Shown here piece by piece: positions 27,902 through 37,452 of a DNA stretch of 64,000 bases. Location: positions 1 to 64,000 of IMG/VR virus record IMGVR_UViG_3300025151_008277. One strand, written 5' to 3'. Source of the stretch: a virus. The stretch's first letter is position 1; each line of letters starts with the position of its first letter. The notes under the pieces are model-generated. The model was not told the DNA's origin and did not search any database. It saw nothing but the letters and a program-made list of their open reading frames with translations. The position numbers were made by a program, and so were the translations under genes.

Positions 27902-30517
27902 TTACTGTCCTACAATCTCTTCAAAGTTAACATCATTGTTAACAGCGTAGAAATTAACCAAGATGAACTCAGCAGCACGTACTGGTTTCAAGTAGATATC
28001 TACTATCAACTCATTATTTTCAATAGTAGCTGATGTGTTATTACGTTCATCACATACAATCAAGTAATCGTAAACACCTTCTGTTTGCTTACAATTCTCA
28101 AAAATAGGTGTTAAAGTATTAACAACCTTAGTGCGAGTTAAGAATGTATTTGGCTCGAAAATGAAGAACTTAAGAGTTTCTCTTGTACGTTTCTCAAGAT
28201 CCAAGAACAATCTACGAACATTAACTCGATCAAATGCTGTTGGCTTACGTTGTAGCGTCTTCTGACCAAATACAATAATTCCTTCACTAGGGAATTGAGT
28301 TACAGGGTTAACTGCAATTCTGTATAATTGATCTCTCTGACGTTGAGTTGGACTAATAGCAATATCAGTTGCTCCTGTTACAACTCCTCTTGTATAACCA
28401 GCTGGTGCGTACCAAGGAGCGAAGTTAGCATCGTTTCTTGCATACAATCCAGCAGCGTTACCGGAGAAAGGAATCCAGACTTGAGTATCGGAATTACCAT
28501 CATAAGTTTTAATCCAGTTACCGTAAACTGTAGCATAGTTACTATTAGCTGTTCCAAACTGATGTCTAATCGGCCAATATACATGCTGGCTAAAGTTCTT
28601 ATCCTTATCGTCTAATACCTTAGCGTTTTCTCCTTGAACAACAATGTTACGCAAGATATCTGCAATAAAGATATGATCTTTACGAGTCTCTCTAGCAAAT
28701 TGCTCAAACTCATTGAATACTGTTCTATATGCATCTCTTATTTTAATTTCATTGCCGTTGGCTACCATGTTTTCATTAATAGTATAGAAGCCGGTATTGC
28801 TTGCAGGAGAGCCTAAATTGATACCAGCAGTATCGTCAAAGCTTTCAAGACCAACAAGAGCGCTATCTCTTGAGTATTGTTGGTTCACCCAAATTGTACC
28901 CAAACCAGCTTCAATAGTTACATCAATATTGAACCTGTCTACATTAGAAGCAATATCAAATATTCTATTCAACTTTGTTGGAATAGAACCTAACTTCTTA
29001 CCAGTAATTTTACTTTCTGCAAAAGCTCCTAATCCTACAAGAGATTGTACTCCGCTATAATTTGATTTAGCAGACAGTACTTCAGACTGAGCAACATGAG
29101 CTACTTCAGAAGAATTGTTATCTGAAGTTCTGTGAACTCTCACAAATTTTGTAGGGGCTTCTGTAATACCAGACGTCCAATCTCCTGCATACTTGCTAAT
29201 ATAAGGATTAACAAGAACTTTAATATTAGGAGAATTGTTTTCTACATCAGGTAAGAAAAACGACTTCTTATTACCACCGTTTTGATTTAATACCCTTCTA
29301 TAAGAGTTAAGAGAACCAGTATACCCTTCTGCGAGGAAGTAACTTAATTTGCGATCAGTATTGCTGAAAGGTGTGTTACGTACCTTAAACAACCCTAAAC
29401 TAATAGTATCAACAAAATCCGCTCCTTGAATATTAAATTCAGAGAGATTCTCTAAAGTCTTACTTACATTAGTCTTTTCTGAAGTACTTGTCGCGCTTAA
29501 AGAATACTCTAACCTAGATGCAGGCACTGCAGTAAACGCTGAAGGGATTTTATCACCTGATGTTGAAGGAGCTAACTGTGATCCAAGTACATCAAAATCT
29601 GTAGCAGGGTTAACGTTAACACCATCTGTCAAACCAACATAATAACCTTCATAATCAGAATTAATTGTTGTTTTTGCAGTATTAAGAACAACAAGGCCAG
29701 TTCCTGATGCGTTTGTAGTAATCGTAGATGCGCTAAATAGTTGAGTATCTCCTGCAGAGGCATTGTCACTCCAAGTGAATTCTCCGTTCAACGCAGCGTT
29801 ATACTGAGTAGGAGTTAATTCTACTAATGTTGGATTACCAATAACAAAGTAATCAGATCCTGATAAAGAAGCATTTAAACCAGAAAGACCATCTACACTC
29901 TTAGTACCATCACCGCCAGTGTGAGCTACTGCCTTTACGAATGTATGACCGGAAAGATCTCCAATAGATGATGCAATATTTGCGCCTGTTAGCACTTTCT
30001 GGTCACTACCACCAGATAGACCCAAACCTGTTAAGGACTTAGTGGTATAAACTGATTCACCATTAGCATCTTTGGAAATAATTTCAACGCTTAAATCAAT
30101 TTCATTACCTGCATTAGTACCGATATTTTCGGAAAACTCAATTCGGGTTCCACTAGTTGTAAGAGTGAATGTTTTAGTATTAAGACCCACAACTGGATAT
30201 ATTAAGGCTGTATATTTGTTTTCGGTCGAGTTGAGGCCGCCACCAGAACCGTAAGGTAACCTGGAGACATAAACATTGGCGTCGCTATTAAAGACTTGTT
30301 TAACGCTGTGATAAAAATATCGCTCGGCAGCATTTGTTGGCTTACCGTAGATTTCCTCGAAATCAGAAAAGGTACCAACATTCAACACTTCATCTGTAGG
30401 GCCTTGATTCGAAAAACCAGGTACAAATACACTGGTTCCTAGTGGCGCTGCAGGACGTTGCGTTAGATCAATTTCTCTAATTTCTACACCTGGAGATTGT
30501 ATAGTTCTTCTAGACAT
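27902..30517 (-). CDS. gp18: tail sheath protein (gp18-like)
   Basis: SPGVEIREIDLT, WYAPAGYTRG, FGQKTLQ, DRVNVRRLF, FEPN, YLKPVRAAEFI. Confidence 0.97.
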   Translation of the reverse strand: MSRRTIQSPGVEIREIDLTQRPAAPLGTSVFVPGFSNQGPTDEVLNVGTFSDFEEIYGKPTNAAERYFYHSVKQVFNSDANVYVSRLPYGSGGGLNSTENKYTALIYPVVGLNTKTFTLTTSGTRIEFSENIGTNAGNEIDLSVEIISKDANGESVYTTKSLTGLGLSGGSDQKVLTGANIASSIGDLSGHTFVKAVAHTGGDGTKSVDGLSGLNASLSGSDYFVIGNPTLVELTPTQYNAALNGEFTWSDNASAGDTQLFSASTITTNASGTGLVVLNTAKTTINSDYEGYYVGLTDGVNVNPATDFDVLGSQLAPSTSGDKIPSAFTAVPASRLEYSLSATSTSEKTNVSKTLENLSEFNIQGADFVDTISLGLFKVRNTPFSNTDRKLSYFLAEGYTGSLNSYRRVLNQNGGNKKSFFLPDVENNSPNIKVLVNPYISKYAGDWTSGITEAPTKFVRVHRTSDNNSSEVAHVAQSEVLSAKSNYSGVQSLVGLGAFAESKITGKKLGSIPTKLNRIFDIASNVDRFNIDVTIEAGLGTIWVNQQYSRDSALVGLESFDDTAGINLGSPASNTGFYTINENMVANGNEIKIRDAYRTVFNEFEQFARETRKDHIFIADILRNIVVQGENAKVLDDKDKNFSQHVYWPIRHQFGTANSNYATVYGNWIKTYDGNSDTQVWIPFSGNAAGLYARNDANFAPWYAPAGYTRGVVTGATDIAISPTQRQRDQLYRIAVNPVTQFPSEGIIVFGQKTLQRKPTAFDRVNVRRLFLDLEKRTRETLKFFIFEPNTFLTRTKVVNTLTPIFENCKQTEGVYDYLIVCDERNNTSATIENNELIVDIYLKPVRAAEFILVNFYAVNNDVNFEEIVGQ

Positions 30518-30579
30518 AGTTATAACTTTCTTTAATTATTTATTGTATTTCAGGTGAAAAATATAAAAATAAATATCCC

Positions 30580-30614
30580 TGGATTTTTTTAGAAAATTGA
30601 ATACAATATAAATA
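30580..30614 (+). promoter_or_regulatory. overlapping sigma70-type and late promoter for rmlA
   Basis: TGGATT-16 nt-TACAAT followed by ATAAATA; ATG at 30616. Confidence 0.5.
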
Positions 30615-30615
30615 T

Positions 30616-31470
30616 ATGAAAGGCATTATACTCGCAGGTGGTTCAGGTACAAGAGTTTACCCGAACACTAAGGTTTTATCTAAACAAATCTTACCAGTAT
30701 ATGATAAGCCTACTATTTATTACCCTCTGTCAACTCTCCTCAAATTAGGTATTAAAGACATACTTATTATATCTAATAAAGTACATTCTTTTCTAGATCT
30801 ACTCGGAGATGGACACGATTTAGGTATCAATATTTCATATAAAGAACAAAAACAACCTCGCGGTATAGCAGAAGCGTTAATTATTGGAGAAAAATTCATA
30901 GGAGACGATAATGTAGTGTTAGCTCTAGGTGATAATATATTCACAGGTATAGATTATGGATATGTTCCTGGAGCAGCTATTGTAGGTTATAAAGTAAGTA
31001 ATCCTAAAGATTACGGAGTTGTAGAGTTTGATACCAACGGATTAAACGAAAGAGTAGTTACTGGTATTGAAGAAAAGCCGGAGAGTCCTAAAAGTGATAT
31101 TGCTGTAACTGGGCTATATTTTTATGATGATACTGCTTCTGCTCGTGCAAAAACTCTAACTCCTTCAGATAGAAACGAGTTAGAAATTACAGACTTAAAT
31201 AAAAGTTATTTAAAAACAGGAGATTTGAGTTTAGCAATACTAGATCCTGAGCATGCTTGGTTTGATACTGGGGACCATGATCAAATGTTCGAAGCTTCTA
31301 TGTTTGTAAAGAGTATACAAAATAGAACTAATAGTATGATTGGTTGTATTGAATTAGAATCTTATAAAGCGGGTAATATTACAAAAGAGGAAGTATGTAA
31401 ATTAGTATATAAGATGCCAAGTTGTAAGTATAAAGATAATATTATTAGATCAGCTTCGCTTCCATCCTAG
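30616..31470 (+). CDS. rmlA: glucose-1-phosphate thymidylyltransferase
   Basis: MKGIILAGGSGTR, KQILPVYDKP, LGDNIF, EEKP, RNELEITD, WFDTG. Confidence 0.95.
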   Translation: MKGIILAGGSGTRVYPNTKVLSKQILPVYDKPTIYYPLSTLLKLGIKDILIISNKVHSFLDLLGDGHDLGINISYKEQKQPRGIAEALIIGEKFIGDDNVVLALGDNIFTGIDYGYVPGAAIVGYKVSNPKDYGVVEFDTNGLNERVVTGIEEKPESPKSDIAVTGLYFYDDTASARAKTLTPSDRNELEITDLNKSYLKTGDLSLAILDPEHAWFDTGDHDQMFEASMFVKSIQNRTNSMIGCIELESYKAGNITKEEVCKLVYKMPSCKYKDNIIRSASLPS

Positions 31471-32011
31471 TAAAACTAAACGTTGCCGCAGCAGTAATTT
31501 CTGAACTATCACCGTAACTCCATTTAATTTCAGTTAAACTAGTCGGGAAAGCTCCTACATAATCAAACTGAATCTTTCTATTTTCATATTCATCTAACCC
31601 GTAAACAGTAAATGTAGAGGAATAATTCTTTAGAGCTTCATGTCTTTGTATATTGATAAGATCATCGCTGTTAAATATACCAGACTTTACATCATTGAGA
31701 ATATCTAACCATTTATATATTACCCAATAGTTTTTATATTCGTTATCGATTTTAAAATCAAAAGTAATATCTTCGTATGCTTCTCTTGCATGAGATGAAA
31801 TCTTAATAGACTGGGTGCCGTATGGAACAGTAGTAGAGTTAATTTTTACAGACGGTGTTAGCGTGCCGTATACACTCATTTCAAGACTATCAGCGTTTAC
31901 TCTATTATTATTACGAGATACATTATCGTTAATTTCTTTAACAATATCAGGTAAGTTTAAAACTAATATAAACTTATCGTTTCTATTTTTATTCAGCGGT
32001 GCTTGATTCAT
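31445..32011 (-). CDS. tail completion / tube terminator (gp3-like)
   Basis: DFKIDNEYKNYWVIYKWL, AFPTSL, ATFSF motifs. Confidence 0.8.
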   Translation of the reverse strand: MNQAPLNKNRNDKFILVLNLPDIVKEINDNVSRNNNRVNADSLEMSVYGTLTPSVKINSTTVPYGTQSIKISSHAREAYEDITFDFKIDNEYKNYWVIYKWLDILNDVKSGIFNSDDLINIQRHEALKNYSSTFTVYGLDEYENRKIQFDYVGAFPTSLTEIKWSYGDSSEITAAATFSFTRMEAKLI

Positions 32012-33705
32012 TGTAATATCTCCCAACCTTGTTCTACAAGATCATCTATTTCATCACGTCTCTCACCAATATTTATATCTTGAAACACTACGTTAGGTGG
32101 TTCCCATGTATCTGAAATATTTTGAGTCTTGTAGTCATTTAGAAAGCTTTTAAAATTTTGATGTACAAATTCCGATAAGATAATATTTTTTGGTTTACCG
32201 TTATCATCTGTCTCTACAACATCATAGTATCTTTGTACTAACGTATTATCAAGAATCATTAACGCCCAAATCATAGCCATAACTCTATCATCCTCGTAGC
32301 CTGGTTTTGCACTCCATGTACCGTTAGGTTTTCTTTGAAAATTACGTAACTCTTGTACTAATTGTTCACTTCTAAAACTAATACATTTAAGTTCATGAAC
32401 CCAATATCTCATATTAATAACACCTTTATATTTGGTATTAGTATGAGCATATACTCCTAATCTATCAAACTTTTGTTTACCAGTTCGAGGACTATAACTT
32501 ACTATATTAGGGTATCTATATGTTTGGTATAATAGATCTACAACCTGAGCTCCACAGTTGTTACGTTCTATTAGAATAGGAGGAGCACCCCAATGATGAC
32601 ATATCTCATGAACTTTGGAAGTGAATTCAAACGGATTGATTGTGTTGCTTGCATACTCTGCTACTTGTTTAATTTCTGCTAAATCTGAAATATCGAATAC
32701 TTGTATAACTGAATAGTTTTTATTAACACCTTCTGCAACATCTACTCCAATTGTGTATATACAATCTACATCAGGCTCTTCCCATACTTTATACGCACCA
32801 TCATCAAATACATGTTTTGGTTCTATAATTAATGATTCAAGCTTAGCATAATATTCTTCATCAATAAAAGAGTCTCCTGTTTCTATAAACTCACAATCAA
32901 ATTCTTGTCTAAAAGCTTCTTCGCTTCCAATAGACTGAATTGTCTCTTGTTTCCATTTTTCGTCTCGACCTGGTATTTCATACCACATCATCTTCTCAGC
33001 ATACCAATTACTCTTTTTATTTTGACCATCAATGTATAGTTTATAAAATAAGTTATCAGTGCCATTAGGAGTAGAAGCGATAAAAATTTTAGATTTTTTA
33101 GAAGAAGAAATAATTGGATAAACTGATTTCCAAAATGCATCTACTAAGTTATTAGGAATAAAAGCTAACTCATCCAGGATAAGAACGTTACAAGAATCAC
33201 CACGACCAGCGTCTGAGCTTGTAGTACTAATACCAATACTACTTCCGTTAGCTAGTTTCATAGATGTTTTTCCGTATTCTACAACCCCTGGTTTTAGATA
33301 GTTAGGTAACATCTCGTATGCTGTTCTGATACGAGAGAAAATATTGATAGCTGTTTGTTCTTTGTTAGCTACAACAAGTATGCGTTGATCTTCTTGAAAG
33401 CATGCAATCCATAGCGCATAGATTGTCATCATAGTAGTCTTACCAGTCTGTCTAGATGCTAAGCACGCTACAAAACGATTATCTCTCAAAGATCTAAGAA
33501 CGCGCTTTTGACTAGAGTATAAAGGTATTTTCATTTTACCTTTATCTAGATTGACTATATAAAAGAAGTTTTCTGCGAAGTATAAAATATTTTGCTTAGC
33601 TTTTTTAAGCTCTCGAACCATCTTAGGAGTCCATTCAAACTCCATGTTCGCAGAAGGTAGATTACTATTACCTAAGTAAAATTTGTCATCAGTCTTTTTT
33701 GGCAT
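32008..33705 (-). CDS. gp17: terminase large subunit (gp17-like)
   Basis: SRQTGKTT, LDELAF, ASTPNG, QEFDCEF, GVDVAEG, DDRVMA. Confidence 0.97.
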   Translation of the reverse strand: MPKKTDDKFYLGNSNLPSANMEFEWTPKMVRELKKAKQNILYFAENFFYIVNLDKGKMKIPLYSSQKRVLRSLRDNRFVACLASRQTGKTTMMTIYALWIACFQEDQRILVVANKEQTAINIFSRIRTAYEMLPNYLKPGVVEYGKTSMKLANGSSIGISTTSSDAGRGDSCNVLILDELAFIPNNLVDAFWKSVYPIISSSKKSKIFIASTPNGTDNLFYKLYIDGQNKKSNWYAEKMMWYEIPGRDEKWKQETIQSIGSEEAFRQEFDCEFIETGDSFIDEEYYAKLESLIIEPKHVFDDGAYKVWEEPDVDCIYTIGVDVAEGVNKNYSVIQVFDISDLAEIKQVAEYASNTINPFEFTSKVHEICHHWGAPPILIERNNCGAQVVDLLYQTYRYPNIVSYSPRTGKQKFDRLGVYAHTNTKYKGVINMRYWVHELKCISFRSEQLVQELRNFQRKPNGTWSAKPGYEDDRVMAMIWALMILDNTLVQRYYDVVETDDNGKPKNIILSEFVHQNFKSFLNDYKTQNISDTWEPPNVVFQDINIGERRDEIDDLVEQGWEILQ

Positions 33706-33726
33706 AATGTAGCCGGTACAGGCCTT

Positions 33727-33942
33727 TTATTTTTCTTTGGGTGGGTTATACCTACGCTCAATCATGTCTCTGACTTGCTTGAATTGATTCATTAAATCTT
33801 CAGCAATATCTTTATGATTAAGATCCCAATTATATCCTATAATATTTTTATCAATATGATCGTATACTCCCGCGAGTACCCAATCTTCCATTTTGAAATT
33901 AGGTCTCCGACTTTCTTCGGAGTATTGTTTGAAGCTCTTCAT
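33727..33942 (-). CDS. small late protein, possible internal head protein
   Basis: TAAATA box upstream; N-terminus MKSFKQYSEE resembles T4 capsid-targeting sequence. Confidence 0.65.
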   Translation of the reverse strand: MKSFKQYSEESRRPNFKMEDWVLAGVYDHIDKNIIGYNWDLNHKDIAEDLMNQFKQVRDMIERRYNPPKEK

Positions 33943-33957
33943 TATAGTTATTTATTA

Positions 33958-34161
33958 TTACTTAAAGCTTTTCATAGTTTTCTTTATATTTTCTATTTGT
34001 AGTTTTGCTTCTTTATACTCTTGCAAGAGTTCATTGTTTACTGGGAATTTCATTACTGAACTACAATTAGGGCAAGCTGCAATAGGGTTTTCAATTATAA
34101 AGTCCATATTTACATTGAGTTTAACCCCACAGCAAGGGCAAGGGATACCAGAACCGATCAT
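33958..34161 (-). CDS. zinc-ribbon protein
   Basis: CPCCG...CPNC then coiled coil; overlaps upstream DUF2589-like gene. Confidence 0.75.
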   Translation of the reverse strand: MIGSGIPCPCCGVKLNVNMDFIIENPIAACPNCSSVMKFPVNNELLQEYKEAKLQIENIKKTMKSFK

Positions 34162-34628
34162 TTCGGATTAATGTTTTGAATAAGCTGATCTTCTATACGA
34201 CAAACTTCTTCTGGTTTATCTGTAACTTTGAATTTCAGTTTTACTTCTGCGAACCCTGCTGCATCTTCTTTTGTTTTTCTCATATCAACTTGTATGTCTT
34301 TATGTATAAAAGGATTGAGAGGATTCTTTTTTATTTGATGTACCAAACCATATTTTTCTTCTGTATTTTTATCTTCATCAGAATCATAAATTTTAGCCTT
34401 AAATGACATTTCAAGTTCATCCAAGGCTAATGTTTGGTGATTAACGAGAGTATATAACGGTACTTGAGTTTCTTTACCGTTAAAGTTTAGAGTCCTACAA
34501 ATAGGAGTTCCGTCATCGTTGAAGTACTCAGATATTTTTTGGATATGACTCTTTTCAAGTATATCTGTCGATTTAACAATAGAGAGCTTAATCGACTTTA
34601 TCAGGTTTTCCAACGAGACGGACTTCAT
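34158..34628 (-). CDS. DUF2589-like protein (short paralog)
   Basis: LENLIKSI, VPLYTLV..LALDELEMSF, KPEEVCRI pattern shared with neighbour. Confidence 0.7.
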   Translation of the reverse strand: MKSVSLENLIKSIKLSIVKSTDILEKSHIQKISEYFNDDGTPICRTLNFNGKETQVPLYTLVNHQTLALDELEMSFKAKIYDSDEDKNTEEKYGLVHQIKKNPLNPFIHKDIQVDMRKTKEDAAGFAEVKLKFKVTDKPEEVCRIEDQLIQNINPK

Positions 34629-34642
34629 GTATCAATAATAAC

Positions 34643-35227
34643 TTACTTCCCAGGATTTGCAACTACAGGCTCAATCATGGTGATGAGACTGTCACTGAGC
34701 TTTTTCATTCCTTCAGTTTCAGGAAGTTGCTCTGCGTGTACTTTAACATCGTACTTCGCTGTATTATCTGTCTTTCTCGTGTTTTCCGAGTGAGTAGATA
34801 CTTTACCGTGTAGTTTAGATTCTACACTTAATCCCCACCAAGACTTATACTTAACATCTACATCAACAGTAGTTTCAGTATCTTTGCTATCAGTATGAGA
34901 ATCATGCTGCTGTACTTCCATAGTGAATTCAATATCAGCTTGAGTAACTGCTAATGAAGGTAATGGAATTAAAGGCAACAATGGTACCTTACTTTGCAAA
35001 GTTTGAAGATCTGGTTTATCTGATCCTTCTACTTTTACATATCTATTGATCTCTACGTCAAGAGCTCTTGGTTTGAATTTTCCGTCTTTTTGTTCAAAAC
35101 CAACTTCTTGGATATACTTCCAAGTAACGTCGTTGAGTTTTGCTTGTCCTTTTGAAATACCTACCAAGGGAGAAACAATTAGTTCTTCAATTGGTAGCCC
35201 TCTGAATTGATCTGCAATGCTTGCCAT
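34643..35227 (-). CDS. DUF2589-like protein
   Basis: QFRGLPIEELIVSPL, VGF, KVPLLPLIPLPSL, FTMEV, TDNTAKYDVKVHA, PETEGMKKL. Confidence 0.8.
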   Translation of the reverse strand: MASIADQFRGLPIEELIVSPLVGISKGQAKLNDVTWKYIQEVGFEQKDGKFKPRALDVEINRYVKVEGSDKPDLQTLQSKVPLLPLIPLPSLAVTQADIEFTMEVQQHDSHTDSKDTETTVDVDVKYKSWWGLSVESKLHGKVSTHSENTRKTDNTAKYDVKVHAEQLPETEGMKKLSDSLITMIEPVVANPGK

Positions 35228-35293
35228 AATAAAACTTTCGAGAATATTTAGCTTGAAAGTATAAAAATACTACCTATAGTAATAAATAATTAC

Positions 35294-36178
35294 ATGAATC
35301 AGTCAGACATTAAAGACTTAAACAATCTTTATTCTACAAAAATTATCAATGAGAGTACCGAACAACAAGATATGCGTAAGGATATCGAGGACCTCAAAAA
35401 ACTATATGATAATCCAGATGAAGCTTTCGCTGTAAAAAATTACGGCAGTGTTGAAGCCTACAAGAAGATGCTAAGAAATAAAATCGAAGATATTGTATCT
35501 AAATTAGACGCCCCATATCCAGTATATCTTGAAGCAGAACAAAGACCAAAGGATGAAGTTAGCGCAGAAGAGATAGACGGAGATGGTGCCGATGTTGAAG
35601 GAGTAGAAGACGCCACTGAAGAGTCTGAAAAAAATACAGAGAAAAAGGTAAAAGAAAACATAAATAATTTAACGAAAGATAAAGTCATGACTGAAGATAA
35701 ATCTATTTTCGATAAATTATTCGAACAAGTAATGGGCGAAGCCGACGATGAGGAGTTGGAACTCGGTATTGATCTAGACGGTGCCGAAGACGAAACACCC
35801 GCTGGCGACGATGAAGGTAGTGTAACAATTACCTTAGACAAAGAACTAGCAGCTAAACTTCATGAAATTTTGATGGACGTTTTAGGTGATGAAGAAGGAG
35901 AAGAAGAGCCTTCTGATGAAACCGAAGAAGGTGAACATGGTTATGGAGAAGATGTTGAGCCATTTGAGGAAGAAAACCAGCACACTAATGACGGAGCTCA
36001 ACCTGGTGTTGATCCTTCTGATGGTGGCGGTAAAGCAACAGAGCCTGATGCAGATAGCTTAGGCGGAAAGTCTGCTGGTACAGGAGATGCTTCTGCGACA
36101 GACGAAGTCGGTAGTAAAGACACAGGTGAAGGTAAGAAGCCTGGTCATTCTTCTGCAAAGAATTCACCCACAGTTTAA
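35294..36178 (+). CDS. acidic late protein, possible prohead core/internal protein
   Basis: AATAAATA box, Asp/Glu-rich low complexity, LYSTKIINE N-terminus. Confidence 0.75.
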   Translation: MNQSDIKDLNNLYSTKIINESTEQQDMRKDIEDLKKLYDNPDEAFAVKNYGSVEAYKKMLRNKIEDIVSKLDAPYPVYLEAEQRPKDEVSAEEIDGDGADVEGVEDATEESEKNTEKKVKENINNLTKDKVMTEDKSIFDKLFEQVMGEADDEELELGIDLDGAEDETPAGDDEGSVTITLDKELAAKLHEILMDVLGDEEGEEEPSDETEEGEHGYGEDVEPFEEENQHTNDGAQPGVDPSDGGGKATEPDADSLGGKSAGTGDASATDEVGSKDTGEGKKPGHSSAKNSPTV

Positions 36179-36200
36179 TTAACAGTAAACAAATATTTGT

Positions 36201-36230
36201 AAGAGCCTCTGTAATAGAGGCTCTTTTTTT
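36201..36230 (+). terminator. intrinsic terminator
   Basis: AAGAGCCTCT-GTAAT-AGAGGCTCTTTTTTT; U tract merges into TATAAATA of next gene. Confidence 0.9.
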
Positions 36231-36242
36231 ATAAATAATTAT

Positions 36243-36545
36243 ATGTTATTTGAGAAGCTATTCTACGAAGCTTTAAAGCCTATGAAACTTCAAGGGTCAA
36301 CTGGTTCTTATAGAAAGAGACAAAACCTTGTAGCTGATTATGATAAAACTAATCCATCTTATCCTCAAGTTTTAGAAAGGCTTAAAAAACTAAATGCAGG
36401 TACATTTAAAATACCAGTAGAAACAGCTAAGAAAATAATTAGTATTTTTAAAATTACCGATCTTACTGAATCTAATCCTAGGAAGCTAGGTAATACTGGT
36501 ATATCTTTATCAGTTAACAACGGAAAATATGTTATAAGTAAATGA
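36243..36545 (+). CDS. hypothetical late protein
   Basis: TATAAATA at 36230-36237; MLFEKLFYE start. Confidence 0.75.
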   Translation: MLFEKLFYEALKPMKLQGSTGSYRKRQNLVADYDKTNPSYPQVLERLKKLNAGTFKIPVETAKKIISIFKITDLTESNPRKLGNTGISLSVNNGKYVISK

Positions 36546-37264
36546 GCTGTTACTCAACATCTAACATTACAGGAATTAATTACTATACTAGTACCGGTAG
36601 GTTTACTGATAAAAGTAATAATTCTAATGAAAGAGATAATCTTTTCAAAGTATGGTGGAAAGATCAAATAGCTCAGTATGGTACAAGTACTACGTACTTT
36701 GTGAGAGATTTTACTTTATCTGCTGCTGATAAATTCTACGGGGAGAATACAGTATCAGGGTTTAAATCTGGTACTACATTAGTAATGGTTATGAACCTTA
36801 GCGATAATTCCATTACGTTTTCTAAATTTGGATTAACATCAGACGATGAGGTTGAAGCATATATTGATATAAGCACGTACCAATCTACATTATCCTCTTC
36901 TTATGTATCAGGAGAAGTTATAGAACCTAAAGCAGGAGATGTATTTCAATTAACTGAGTTTGGTAATGACAGACCAGGAGGACGCGATGGTAAATACTTT
37001 GAAATTACTGAAAGAGTTGATGAAAGTATTAATACAATAAATCCTTTACAAGGTCATTATTTATATAAAATTAAAGCAAGACGCTTCGACTTCTCATACA
37101 CTGATAATGATGTTGAAGAAGGGGCTTCAGAACAAATCACTGATGATGCGTTGAGTGGTAAGACTACAGATACCATACAAGATTATATTAATGATTTAGA
37201 TACTGAACAAGCGACTTACTTTAATTACGGTGATAATGATGATGTCTATGGTGATTACTCTTGA
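36542..37264 (+). CDS. gp14: neck/head-completion protein (gp14-like)
   Basis: FYGE, FSKFGLTSDDE, EPKAGD, YFEITE, YLYKIKARRF. Confidence 0.8.
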   Translation: MSCYSTSNITGINYYTSTGRFTDKSNNSNERDNLFKVWWKDQIAQYGTSTTYFVRDFTLSAADKFYGENTVSGFKSGTTLVMVMNLSDNSITFSKFGLTSDDEVEAYIDISTYQSTLSSSYVSGEVIEPKAGDVFQLTEFGNDRPGGRDGKYFEITERVDESINTINPLQGHYLYKIKARRFDFSYTDNDVEEGASEQITDDALSGKTTDTIQDYINDLDTEQATYFNYGDNDDVYGDYS

Positions 37265-37452
37265 TGAGCTTTTTCGTATTCCAAGTCTTTGAATACCGCA
37301 GGATATCTCTCCTTTACATACTTCTCAATAGGTAGAGGCTTAAGAAACGTATCACTCTTAACTCCAATATCTTCTGCTTTTGCTGCAATGATGTTCACTG
37401 CTTCAAATAAGCATAACCATCTTGCTTCTTGTTCATTATTTAGTATACTCAT
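37255..37452 (-). CDS. hypothetical protein
   Basis: 65-aa ORF in overlapping minus-strand operon. Confidence 0.7.
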   Translation of the reverse strand: MSILNNEQEARWLCLFEAVNIIAAKAEDIGVKSDTFLKPLPIEKYVKERYPAVFKDLEYEKAHQE

